DNA of 64,000 bases, from positions 51,710,001 through 51,774,000 of the forward strand of contig NC_045696.1 of NCBI RefSeq assembly GCF_009834535.1. The letters are read 5' to 3'. The position numbers and the translations under genes are program-made. Below are positions 1 through 12,949 of the stretch, piece by piece. Positions within the stretch are counted from its first letter, which is position 1. The number at the start of each line of letters is the position of its first letter. This DNA comes from Camelus ferus. Taxonomy: Eukaryota. The notes under the pieces are model-generated. The model worked only from the letters and a program-made list of their open reading frames with translations, was not told where the DNA came from and did no database searches.

Positions 1-570
1 TTAATCTTTCTGAGACATAGCTCTGATTATGCTACTCTCCTTCTAAAAACTTTCAATAGCTCCCCATTGTCTACTGAATAAAGTCCAAACTCCTGGCTTG
101 GTAATCAAGTCCTTTCACTTTCTGGTCCCAATTTACTCTTATCACGTTATTTCCCACTACTCGCCTTCACACACTCCATGCTCTAGTTAAACCCAAATAC
201 TTCTTTGCAGAGTCATTACCCTTTTGATTCTTCCAGGCTTTGCTCACAGTTTCAGAAATGTTCTTTTCTTCTATCTGTCTGCTCAAGTCCTCCTTGTTCT
301 TTCAAGGCCCAAATCCAGTGTCACCTCTTCTGGTAAAGTCCCCAGTTAGTTTTCCTCTGAACTACGATAATACTCTGTGCTACTTTTATAGAGCACCTCA
401 CTTTCTGTTATGGATTCCAGCAAAGTAGGCACATTTCTCAGACCTGCTGCTAGATTAAGACTTTCTGAGGGCAGAATCTGTGTCTTGTTTATCTGTGTAT
501 CCCCTGCCAGGCTGAGTACACAGTGTACTGCAATCATTTACATATTTGTCGAGTGCATGAGTGAATGCAC
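1..570 (+). mobile_element. L2 LINE 3' fragment
   Basis: Typical L2 3' text (ctccccattgtctactgaataaagtccaaactcc ... gagggcagaatctgtgtcttgtttatctgtgtatcccc ... catatttgtcgagtgcatgagtgaatg). Confidence 0.75.
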
Positions 571-1504
571 GGACTTTATATGCAATCTAAATGATGTTGG
601 TTGCATTTTTTCCCTAGTCTGAAACAGATTAGAAGTGGTGCATTAGAGAAGAAATGAAGATTAAAATGAAACCAGCACAACAAGAAGACAATTGATGACT
701 CAAGAAGAGAAATAAAAACTATAAAAAGGAGACACGAGAACTAAAAATATTATAGTGGTCCGGAGGTAAATAAGCACAGAAGCAAATAATCTTATAGACT
801 AAGGACCAAGTAGTTGATGCCACATACAACTGCTTGGAAACCACAACACAATATTCAAATAGACAACATTATTTTTATACTTCCCCATCCTCTTTAGCAC
901 CAGTAGAAATGCAATACAATTGTTGTCTAAGATGATGACCCTCAGTTACTTAGAAATTAATGAATTATGGTAAATATATTCTAAGGAAGCTGGATATGCA
1001 TATCAACTTAAGATACTACATATCGAAACTTAATATTAATAAAATAAAATATCTTTTGATAATTATGAGGAGATAAGCTTCTGTTACATGGGATATTCTG
1101 TTTGCATAAAATGATTTCCATAGTGAAGTCAGATAAATAAGCTCTCTCTCTTTACACATGAATACATCTATGTTTTTCTAAACATAAGGGCAATTCATTT
1201 TGTGTCATTAAAAATAAACCATGCCAACGTTATGCAATTCAGGACAATAGAACACTGGTAAGACAAAAAACGGAGATCTCCAGGCTCTACAATTTATTAT
1301 TTAAAAAATTTGGGATTACATAATTATGTATAATTATGTATGCCCCTTTTAATATATAGCATAAGTCGTCCAGGTTATTATAAGCTCTTCATAAATATTT
1401 TAATGACTCAAAAACTCTATCTAGTGGATATGTCATAATACACTTAACCAGTTCCCTAGAGTTGAACATATAGCTTATTTCCAGTTTTATAACACACATA
1501 CAGC

Positions 1505-1627
1505 TAAGAAGATTGGCCAGGAGCTGATAATTGTTGAAGCTAAGTGAGGAATTCATGAGGGTTCTCACTGATGTTCTTTCTACTTTTGCACATGTTTGAA
1601 ATATCCACAATTAAAAGGTTAAAAAAA
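1505..1627 (+). mobile_element. Old L1 (L1MC/ME-like) 3' terminus
   Basis: gataattgttgaagctaagtgaggaattcatgaggg...ctacttttgcacatgtttgaaatatccacaattaaaaggttaaaaaaa resembles an ancient L1 3' end with a short A tail. Confidence 0.65.
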
Positions 1628-2084
1628 GTTATCTCTGATAAATATTTTGTGTACAGGGTTTTTATTTCTTTGTAATTATCCTTAGGTTAGGTTGGGTACT
1701 AGCTGCCTGCCTAAAAGTCCGACCCCATCATCACCTAGTTACATAACTGTAGGAGAGCTGCGGCTGCGTTCTCCTCATCTGAGGAGGGGCTGTAATAATG
1801 GTAACCGACAGGGCTGTAGTAAGGGTTGTACAACACGGTATGCATCCTGTGCCTCCCATGGTGCCTGGCACCCTTTTAGTGCACTACATACCACCTGGAA
1901 AAAACCAAAATGATGATTGTGTACTTAATTGTGTGTGTTGTGGTTGTAAAAAATCATCCTGTGAAAACTGAGAAACATGCCAGAAATAACACCCTGACAT
2001 ATGTCATGTCCGTCTCCAGGTCAGGCACTTGTTCTAAAGATACTGCCTATGCTAAAATAATTTAGACTCTTAACTACCCTTATG

Positions 2085-2300
2085 GAGCATTTTCTAGTGG
2101 CTGCTACTGGACTAAATGCTTTACATGTATTATCTCATCTTATCATCAAGAAAATTCTTGGAAACAATTACTATTCTTATTTTATAACGAAGGAACTTGA
2201 GGGTTAAAGATGAATTAGCTTGTCCCCAAGGACACAGGAACAGGTAGGGCCTGTTGTCAAACACAGGTCTGAAGCCCTGGAATTCATCCCTAAGCTACCG
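2085..2300 (-). mobile_element. MIR SINE
   Basis: ctaaatgctttacatgtattatctcat...gaaggaacttgagggttaaag...cttgtccccaaggacacag matches the reverse-complement MIR core. Confidence 0.7.
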
Positions 2301-5300
2301 GAAATGGCCTTCGGACCCTTCTCTCTTTTGCATAGACCTCAGCGTTTCTAATCTTTATCCCTCAGATGCCAATTTAAATTTTGGACAAAATTTTGGCCCA
2401 ACTTTGGAAGTTTAATTGGCCTCTGGTATGAGCATATTTTCCTTCCTTTTCACTTTAATCAATGTTATTTAATTTAAAAATGTAGTCCAGAAAACAATTT
2501 TAGAGAAGAAAAAGGAGTACTCCATAAAATAACCTGCCTTTTAAGAATGCGTATCTCATGGCCCCCGCAAATTAATATCTGTATTGGTTTTGAACAGTGA
2601 TTTCCCATTGGTTTGATTAACTTATGTCCACTATAAAAGAATTCATTACCAAACACATACACATATGCACACTCTTTAGAAAATCTACAAAGTGGTCCAT
2701 ACTTCATTTAAAATATGTAATCTCTAAATGTGTATGCATATGTGTGGGTGTGTAAGATACAGACAGTGAAAGTTTGAATTTGGAAAATGCTTCAAAAGTC
2801 TGAAAAAGGTGGTTTTCTACGAACATCATGAGACGTTAAGTCACAGGAGGTCTTCATTTTTGAAAAATGGTCAGATGGCAAATTGAGTCTTTTATTTTGG
2901 GTCTGGGGAGGCTACTCTCGTGCAATGCACTCTAGATGAGAAACACCAAAGGGGATGTGGCATCTCTTCTGCCTCAGACAGCACATTTATGCATCTGTAT
3001 TATAAAAAATGTGCCAGCTCTAGCAAGCTCACAGTACTGAGCAAAGTGCTACAGTTACAGCTGGGAATTTGTCTTTCAGGGCTGGCTCTAGTCACTGGTT
3101 GGTGGTTTTTTTGAGGGGGGCTGTTTCTCCCTGGGGGTTCACTGTGGGGTGCAGTGATAAAGGAGGGAGTTTTTGTGAGTTCTATTTTGGATTTTAGTGA
3201 ATAGGAAAGCAGGGAATTTGCCAGCCTGTTACTCAGTTATACTGAAACATGATGCAAACTGCCTCAATTTGGAGCACAGAAGGTGCTGAAAAAATTTTCT
3301 GAGGAGGTCTTGAAATATCTAAGCCTGTCTTCAAGGAAGGACTTGTTTTTCTCAAAAATCACCCAGTAAATAATAGAGGTATGTTGTTGTTGTCTCTCTT
3401 CCCAGAAGTGGTCCGCTAAGTCACCATCCAAAGTATCACGCTCCAAAGGTAGCCAGTATGATATTAAAAAATGACATTGTGTTCTTTAATTCCCAGGGGA
3501 GCATGAGGAGAAATATGCTTGCGCGCGGACCTTCCTTACAAAGTCACTTCTACATTTGTGCACTGTTAGGGGTATGCGCTGCAAATGTTTGAACAAGCTG
3601 CATTTCCATATTTGCATTGTCCAGTCTCTTTTCTATTTTCCCATTTTCCTGAATATGCCTGAACATATGTGCCCAGTGTAAACAGACAATGGCATGGACA
3701 TGTCTACATGTGTTTCCAATTCCATACTATCTTGAGAATGGTTCGGCTTTCTAGAAACACAGTCACATAATTTGTTTTGGTTTGAAAAACTGCTCAGCAA
3801 ATGCACGCAGGTCATCATGGCAGGTAACAGACCATTTATTGAAGTGCTGAAACAAACAGAAAACAAAGTCCAGGATACCATCACAGAATAGCGTCTCCCT
3901 TGTGAGATCTTCTCAGCTGAGGAAGGATTGAGTGAGACAATAGTAAAACAAATATCCGTAGGCTTTTCAAACAGTGACAACCAGCTAAGGGTTAGCAGTG
4001 TTTCTAGACCTTGATGATACAATGATGTCCTCAACCTTTGCTTTCAGACACTGGATTACTGCTTAAGTAGCCTTTATCATTTCCCCCCAATTTTTGTTGA
4101 GGATGCCCTTGAAATTAGATCATATTTGTTCCTGACAAAGCATATGCATATTGTGGCATCACTCTAAAACCAACGATTGGTTTTAACTCTATGAAGAGAA
4201 AAAAAATTCCAACAACCTTTCATGCTGAGATTTCTCATGCTAGTTCTCAGCACAGAAGTGATTTTTTTTTTAAAGTTGCATAAAGCCTAGCAAGGTTTAA
4301 GTTTTCCCAGCAAGGAGAAAGTGTTTTTCAGCTGTTAAATTTTTCAGATGCTTTTTTTGAATTTGGATAAAACTCAAAAACATGTTTGTTTTAAAATGTA
4401 AACCTTTTTATGTACAGAGGTTTGCATATAGAGAAATGCTATTACTATGTTTAAAGGTACTTGCTTTTGAAATAAGGAAGTCATAGGCACTTAAATGTAA
4501 CAAACTGCACACTGCTTTATGGACATTTCATTAGGCACTAACATAAATATGATGTTCTGGAGGACCACTGAGTACATGTTTGCCAGCAGGATCACTTACG
4601 ACACTGGTAGTAGATGTCTGTTCGTGTGAGAGCCAAGGGTGGCCAGGTTTGGACTGAAGAGCATCCTTATAGTCAGCTAGTACGCTTTCCCAAGACCTTC
4701 TCTCCAGCTGCATGGTATTTCTTGGCCCTAAACTTGCTCGACTCCTCAGCTTGTCATCTGGACCAAAGTTGATACAATATATGGTATGTCAAGCACAAAA
4801 AATGAGGAAACACACGGAGGTGCCAGAAGGTCTGCTGCCTGCCATATTGAATGGATTTAGTCACTGTTCAACTTTTAGCACTTGTAGATACACTGAATGG
4901 AAAAATATATTATCTTGATCTACCCAATTTTTTTCAAACATTTTTATTCATGACTCACAGTAAGAAGTTCATTTTACATTGTGATCCAGTGATTGTTTAC
5001 ATACATACACGGAAATATACACACACACACTATATACATATATACCCACGTGTGTGTGTGTGTGTTCCAGAGACAGAAGGTAACCGATCTAGCCACATTT
5101 TAAATCTTGAGATTCTTTATCATTCTATCGAGTATTCTATTGCTTGGAAAGTTGAAGATCAAGGATTAGAAATTCAGCACACTTCAAACTTCTAATCAAG
5201 TACATCATAAAATTATGAAAAGTGCCTGATCTTCTGGTTTAGTCTTTGAAATGCCAACAAAATCCATTCTTTCCCTCATTCATTCATAATTTATTCATGT

Positions 5301-8276
5301 ATTCATTCTCCAAACATCTATTGACAGCCTACTATATGCCTTACGCTATATACCTGCAACATATTTCTAGGCCAGTTACTTCACAGTTGCTTTAGAATTT
5401 ATGGCAGAGTTGGCCAGATGGTTCCTGAAAAGGAGAATCTTCCAGAGTAAAACAACCTGTTCACAGTGCTTGCTATCTAGCAACTAAGAGCCCTGATAGC
5501 ATCTCTCCTCACCTCTTATTATGGTTCTAGTATAAAACCATAAGTTTATTTCTATTTACTTTTCATATTTAACCTTCATTTAAAATGTTGAGTGCAACCA
5601 TGAGATTTTAATATAAGAATATTCAAAAATAACTTTCCTATAATAAAGTCTTCCTCACGTCTTATGTGATACGGAGAATATTTACACAAATTTTCTCACG
5701 CTACATATATGCAGAAAACTGTTACCTATTTTATAATGATTTTGAAAATAAATGCACTAAAGACATGTGAAGTTCTAAGCAGCAGAATAAATAAACATTA
5801 TCATACTAGTACCACCAGAGACAGCGTGTCTGCCCCCCTTTTGATGAGGGCAGTATATGTACACTAGGAAGACAGGTCCTAAATATTTATTACTAGACCT
5901 TCCTTAGGTGGGCATGTCCTTCTGTTCCAGGAGAAAGCATTATATGAGCACCTAGCTGAGTCTAATTCAATTACTTACATGGCTGTCCCAGAAAATGGTT
6001 AGCACTGTAGACCAGAGACTTAGAAAATGCAGAAGACTGACAGGTGGATGAGACACGAGTCTCTCTCCTCATCATGTAGGTCATAATTCAAGGTCATGGA
6101 ACTAACAGTAGGAGTTGCTATGTCTTAAGAGTAAAATGTTTTCAGGCTTTTAAAGAGAATTTTAAATGAATTAACTTTATTTTGGGAATTATGATTTGGG
6201 TCCTATTAAAATACTACAATTGGACATTGCTTCATGAATATAATTATAGGCCACATTTTCAAAAGATCTTAGTAACTCAATTTTTTATGGGTACAGTCAG
6301 TTGTCTGCCTAAAGATATTCCACCTTCCGAAGCATGTTACTTTGCACAAATGGCAAACTGGCATGTGCATAATGACCCAGAGAAAGAAGGAACTGCTGAG
6401 GTCATGTAAGTAGGGATGTGGCAGGCTTCAGGCACAGAGGCCAAAGGGGCCAGAAACATGGGCAAACAGCTTACAATTGTCCCTTCTTATATTTGTGCAT
6501 TGTTTCTATATGGAAAATTACATTTCCCTGAGAGTATATGTGTAAATATGCATCTGTTAGTGTTTTGGCAACTCTAAGTTACCTAAATTAGTTTTGATCA
6601 ACACTGTCGGATTTTTAAACCCACCACCGTAATAAAAGCAAGTTTTAAAAAACACAAACAAACCCTCAGTACGTTGTGTGCTGTGCTGTTCCAAGCCTCA
6701 GTTTCAAGACAAAAGGAGAGTGAGACTTTGTCATTCGCTAGCTGTTAATAATCAAGAGAAGATCTGCCAGACAAGCTCTTCGAGGGCTCTGTCTGTCTGG
6801 ACCAGGTATATGCTGCAATACACAAAGGGCTTTGCAGGGGGAGAAAAATGAGTGTTCATGGACAATGATGCAGCTTTCTTAATTAAGATTTTCATTACTG
6901 ATACATATATTAAGTTCTGCAGCTGCAAGAGCCAAAGCACTGTCATGTGCAGGTAGATGTCCCTGATTCCATCTTCAGGCAGTAAAGCTAAAACATATTA
7001 AACGTGCACCCAGCAAATGTTGTGGGAGCCAGGAGAGCTCCAGAAATATTTCTGTTGAAAGCAGAGAGGCCCCATTAAAAACAAATTTGTAATGCATCTA
7101 ATAGGCAGGAGAAAAGCCCATACCAACAGACTGTGTGTGTGCGTGTGCATGTGTGTGTGTCCCTGCAGGGGACAGCTTTGAGGTCCCGAGCCTCAGATGG
7201 AGGTAGCTGGAGCTGACCTAGAAATAATCTCTACAATCACATCAGTAGCTCATGTGATTAAGGTCCCTAAAAGGACCTTTGATCTTTAAGTTTTCTAATG
7301 CTTATTGTTGAGAAAGGATATAAATGACTGATTTGGGGTAGATTTTGGAAGATGGTGAAGACTCACATCCATAGCTGGCCCTGACTCTGTCCCTCTGGGT
7401 CACTTTGTCTGTTTTCCCTGGATCCGCAGGCTGGTCCACAAGTCAGTGTGGTCTGCCAAGGGTGTACTGTTCCCATGGAATAATCTGACTGTGGTGTGGG
7501 GAAATCTTTCTTCTTAGATCAAGTTATTTTTACAAAAAGAATTTTGCTAACAGATGAGAGGAAACTAAAACCTTGCACAATCCTAGAAATGGATGAATAG
7601 CTTGAGTACGTGTTTTTGATTACATCTTGACTAAAGCCTAACTCATTATAGGGTTGCTGGCACTATTAACGTGCACCCAGCTCTCCCTTGTTTTTCTGGC
7701 TTCTAATTGCATCTCTTCCTGTTTCAAAGTGTGTGTCCCTTTGCGGGGCTATCCATAGGGCTCCTGTCTCCTCTCTAAAGAAGACCTCCAAGTCTAGCTC
7801 ATTACTGACAAGGAGATGATTGTTAGACACTGAATTTCATGAAAGATCATTGTATCGTAACAGTCAAAAATTGTATATTCATTTTTTTATTAGGTAAAAG
7901 CATTTATCCAGAATTTATACGTAATTCCCCATTTTCTATGAAAGAATAAACTAGAATTCAACACCAAAATTGCTCAAAAGGAAGTCTTTAAAGTATTTTG
8001 GCTATAGTTCTTTGTTGCTTGGGAAAAAAGAGGGAGAATTCCAAATAATAGTGGCCAATAAGATTTCTCTTGGTTTCCTGCACCAAGATTCAGATCTCTG
8101 AAGTAGTTTTCTGGATGTTGGTGTACATTTCTGAAATTCTTTTCCTAGGTGTATCAGAGAATTGGGGTGGAGTGGTGAGCACACAGCCTACTCTGAGGTG
8201 ACTGACCTCTGTACCAATTCTAGAGGAGTGATGTTAATGATTGGTAACAATAAGATGACCAGGAAATTGACTCTTT

Positions 8277-8336
<60 letters not shown>
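8277..8336. repeat. (ATAG)15 perfect tetranucleotide microsatellite
   Basis: Read directly: 60 bp of uninterrupted ATAG. Confidence 0.97.
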
Positions 8337-10679
8337 GCAGACCTTGTCAACAGATACTTTATGCATTTTAGGAAAACTAAATGGTATTAAGATTCTTCCT
8401 AACCTTCTCTGAAAAGTGCTATTATAAAAGTGGTAGAGGAGTATGTGGAACCTACTGGTGAAGAACCAATGCAGTGGACATTATTCAAATATGGATGATG
8501 ATGGGGAAAAGCAGGAAGAAAAATCCCAGAAAGTGATTCTAACTGGAGACTTCCTATTACTTCTCTTATGCATCCTTGACTAGTCTGTAAGGACCAGACT
8601 GAAGGACACTGTTAAAGGATTTAAGTGTACCTTTTACTCAAATTCTGTCATGAGAAATAATGCTTCTTTCACCCAAAATATAGGGTTAATTTTAAATTAG
8701 AGGTGATATTCATTTTCCATATATAAAAAGCTTAGAAATTTACATGGAGGAACTGAAGGTGGAATCAGTTTTAGCCTACCAAAGTGTGAGAGGTACGGTG
8801 GCTCATTCTAAATCAATATCTGGAAATGATTCTCTGGAATAAGGTAGGTATGCATGATTTGTTTGCAATAACCCCACATTAAAAGGAATTAGAAATAACA
8901 AAAGACACCCCAGAAAGAGTGCATAAAAGAAGGATCTAATGAACGAAAAATAAGCCCTTAAGTCTATCCACTACAAAGACCTCTTATACAAGAGAGTAGA
9001 AAAACTCTGAAAAGTAGGTTACACATGTACCATATAATGTGTGCACATATATATGTGTGTGTATATATGTGTGTGCGTGTGCTTGTATATATATAATGTG
9101 TATCCTATACGCACACCCTGGCCAAGATTTGAATTGGCAACCATGTTTGGGGAAGAAAAGAAAAGGGTGAGAAAGAACGAGAGGAAGACTCAATATTAAT
9201 TAACAACTCCAACTTTGATCATCATTGTGGTGTCCCCGTTTGGCCTGAGTACAGGCTATGTTATAGAAGCAGGTGTATAACATGTCAAGTTTTCTAAACG
9301 CATCATTAAGAAAGCCAGGCATTCAGCACCCTGGGCCCTCACTATACTGAGCCAACAACGACAGCAGCGTGGCCCCTAACTGCTCTGGACGCATCACTGA
9401 AACCTAGTTCGTCATCACGTGCTCCCCCAGTTTCACTACTCAGGTAGAGAAGGGGTCATTTACTAGGCCTAGTTCCTTCCACTTGTCTTGGCTTGTGGTT
9501 GGTTTAAAGGGGCTTCTGTACATTCTTCAACATGATTGCCTCTTTTCTGCTTCTTTTTTGGACACTGCCTGAGGATTTACGTCACTGCATATGACTGACA
9601 TTCATGTACATGGTTTTCAGTTAGACGGAGAAAGAATGCCCCCGGGCATTTGCCATCCTTGTCATCTGCAAATGAACTTTTTGCACTGAAGGAATGCTCC
9701 AATTATCACTCAGAACAGTGCTGCACAACTCCTGCCCCTCTGAAAGACCTGGGGTACACACTCTGAGAACCAGATGCTCCCCATCCCAAAACACAGTTTG
9801 TCAGTTTGCACGATGGAGGGCAGGGGCTGATGCTGTCAGCGTGGCATCTCTGCCTCTCTAGCGTCTTTCACTTTCCCTGAAGTTGCTGAAAAAATTCCAT
9901 TTCATTAAGTATGTAGTAATACACATGGGAGTCAGAGAGAGAGAGGGGAAGGTGGAGGACACTGATGACATGGCCTCTAGCACTTTATTTATGAGAACAT
10001 CCAGAAATCTCTATCTACATCTGGTAGAAGAATAGTGTCAATTCTGCCCTGGAGACATGGATCAGGCAATGTTGCTAGTGTGGATTTTTCCCTTCCCAAT
10101 AATTTACTGATTCTGGAGTCTGATGGCAGAGCTCAGACGATCATTTTCACATTCATGTGAAAGCCTGCTCCTCTGGGGGATGGTGATGTCAAATACACAT
10201 AAATGGATGCAGCACGGGGAAATACTAGCTGTCCCTCCCCCAGAAGCCTGCAGGTCCCCGAGTGGGGCTTTGCTCCCACAACGCACCCTGGGAGAGCGGT
10301 GAGGGTGGGGCTGCTCACAGAGCACAGGAAACGGTGCCTGCGGTGACCTCGCAGGACTTGACGGGGCACTGCCTTTGCAGCAAAGAATGAGACTACACAA
10401 CTACATGCTTGTTAGGCTGCTCATTTGCCCTTTCCAAGTTTTACTGTGCTATTCACCTTTTCATTGTTGATTTATACCTACTCTGAAGTATTAGGGGTAT
10501 GTCACAGTATTTTCCCCAGTTTTTCAAAAATACTCTCTACCATAGTGATTTTTATTTGCATGTAATAAAATTTAATATATTCTTCTTTAAGGTTTCAGCC
10601 TTCATTATACACTTGGGAAAAGCATCTTGTACCTCCAGTATGAAAGTATTCACTTATGTGGAGAAAATGACAATTGACA

Positions 10680-11240
10680 ATTACAGAATTAGTGAAGATG
10701 CAGAGAAATGGGCAGACTTTCTTTGCTGGTGAGGGTACACATTAATAAAACTTTACTGAAGGACATTTTAGCAGAAGATAAATTTTACTTTGGCAGTTCC
10801 ACTATTAGAAATTTATCTTAAGGAAATAATCAGGCAAGTGAATTTTTAAAAAAATGCATATGTGTATAGAGATTGTTATTGTAGCATTGTTTAGTTAGAA
10901 AAAATTTCCAAATATCCTACATATTCATCAATAAGTGACTTATTCAATAAATTACCCATATACTGGAGTACAATGTGGCTGTCAAAAATATAATGTAGAT
11001 CTATATTTATTAATGTGGAAAATGCCTATTACAATGTTGATTAAAAAGAAAGCAGATTTCAAAGCAGCAAGTAGATTTTCCTCTCATTTTGGAAAGAGAA
11101 AGGCAAAGAGAAAGAAAAAGAGGCAGATAAACAGATATACTTGGAAATATACTTCCAACAGTGTTACCAGTGGTTATCTCTGGGTGGTGAGATTTTGAAT
11201 GGCTTTTTATCATCACTGTAACAAATTCAAACAAAACTAA
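10680..11240 (+). mobile_element. Ancient L1ME-like fragment (decayed ORF2 end and 3' UTR)
   Basis: gtgaagatgcagagaaatggg...gctggtgagggt...gcagttccactattagaaatttatcttaaggaaataatc...cagtggttatctctgggtggtgagatt. Confidence 0.65.
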
Positions 11241-12949
11241 ATGTGTACTTTTCAGAAGTTAAAATTAGAATTTTAACTTTAGGGGGGAAAAAGCTTAGAA
11301 AAACTCCATAACAACCACTTAAAAACTCAAATATGAGTTTCACAGTCATTAACAATTAGTAACTCTCTTAATAGGGTGACATTATTGCCTGACCACTCTC
11401 TGGAGGGTGACATCACTGCCTGCCTCAAGTTTCCTCCAAGTTTGACAATTCATGTGACACATTACAGCTCTTATCTTAAAGGACTTTAAGGCATAAAAGC
11501 TCAAATACTAGAAATAACTCAAATCTATATCTAGGGCATAGTTAAGTAAATTCTGGGGGGTTTATATGATAGAAAATTATTCTGACATGATGATGGCACT
11601 TATAAAGAGGATATAGTTACACTGGGAAGTGCTTATTACATAATATTTAATAAAAAATAGGATATAACCCTACACATATAATGTATGCTCAATTATGTTA
11701 ACATTCAGAGAAAAAACTAGAAGATGTTTTAAAAATGGGTAATAATGGTTTTCTTTTCTGTTTAGTGAGATTATGGATATTTTCTCTGTACTCTATACTT
11801 TCTTAATATTTACAGGAAGTGTGAATTATAGAATCATGAAAGAAGCAAATATTAAAAAAAATACAGCTGCTTTGCTCAACAGCTGCCAAATTTTACCCCA
11901 GATGTATCTGCAATTTAGTTTTGAGTCAAATGGCCCTATCATTCTGTAAAGGGAATCTAGCAGAATGGGATGTGTTCAAATAAAGGCAGGCCGTCACTGC
12001 CACCACCTCTTTGTAAGCCACCATTTTATAATGCTTAGAGGAAATTAGAGTGAGGAATCCCACTGCTACTGGCAATTAGGGATTTCCATATTCTTCAGGT
12101 CTCCTTCATATCCTGTCCTGTATTCCCAGAAGCTGGAATTTAGTCATCTACAGTCGTCTCGAATGTCTCCAGGTCCAGAAGCTACTCTGGAGGCAGAAGG
12201 TGTAGGTCATTATTAGGGATGGAAGCTCCTCTATTCATTTCAAGTGGGAGTTCCCTTGAATAATAAGGGTGAGCTGCTCCAGAAGGTCTTCTACAGGTAA
12301 TTAGCTTCCTTTCCCTTCTTTCCTCCTTCTCTCTTACCTACCCACTCTTCCTCTCTCCAGCCCTTTTTTTCAATAAATAGCCTTTTGTACAGTTAGATGG
12401 AAGCTCTTAAAATTTAGAGAAAATCACATGGTACTAATACCAAGTAGATGATCTAAAAATTGTTCCTAAATGATAATATTTTAGCAAAATGATGATGGGA
12501 GAAATCAGAATTATTAGAAATCAGAATATGTATGATGCATATTAGAGGCTTGGCCATAAGGCAGATGGCAGATATTTCGTAAGAAAGCAAGAGAATAATG
12601 GGAGGGATGGGAGGAAGGAGCAAGCAGAAGAAAGAAAAGTAATGACATGGGTTTCTGTGTCTTTTGGCAGAGGTTATCTAATCACCTGTTCCTGGCCTTT
12701 TGGACTAGGTGGCAGCCTTCAAAATTCACTAGACTCTAGACTGTTTCCTTCTGTAGCAAACAGAGTGCCTGGTACAATGTAGGTGCTTACCAGATGCTTA
12801 GAGAATTGAACCGAGCCCTTTTACTGCTTTTTCATTCTGGCCTTCACTAGAATCAAAAGCAGCTAAAATGCCTAACATCTTTTCACACATATTTGGTAAA
12901 ACTCCATCCTAATTTGAACTCAAATGCACATCTCCTCTGAGCTTCCACC

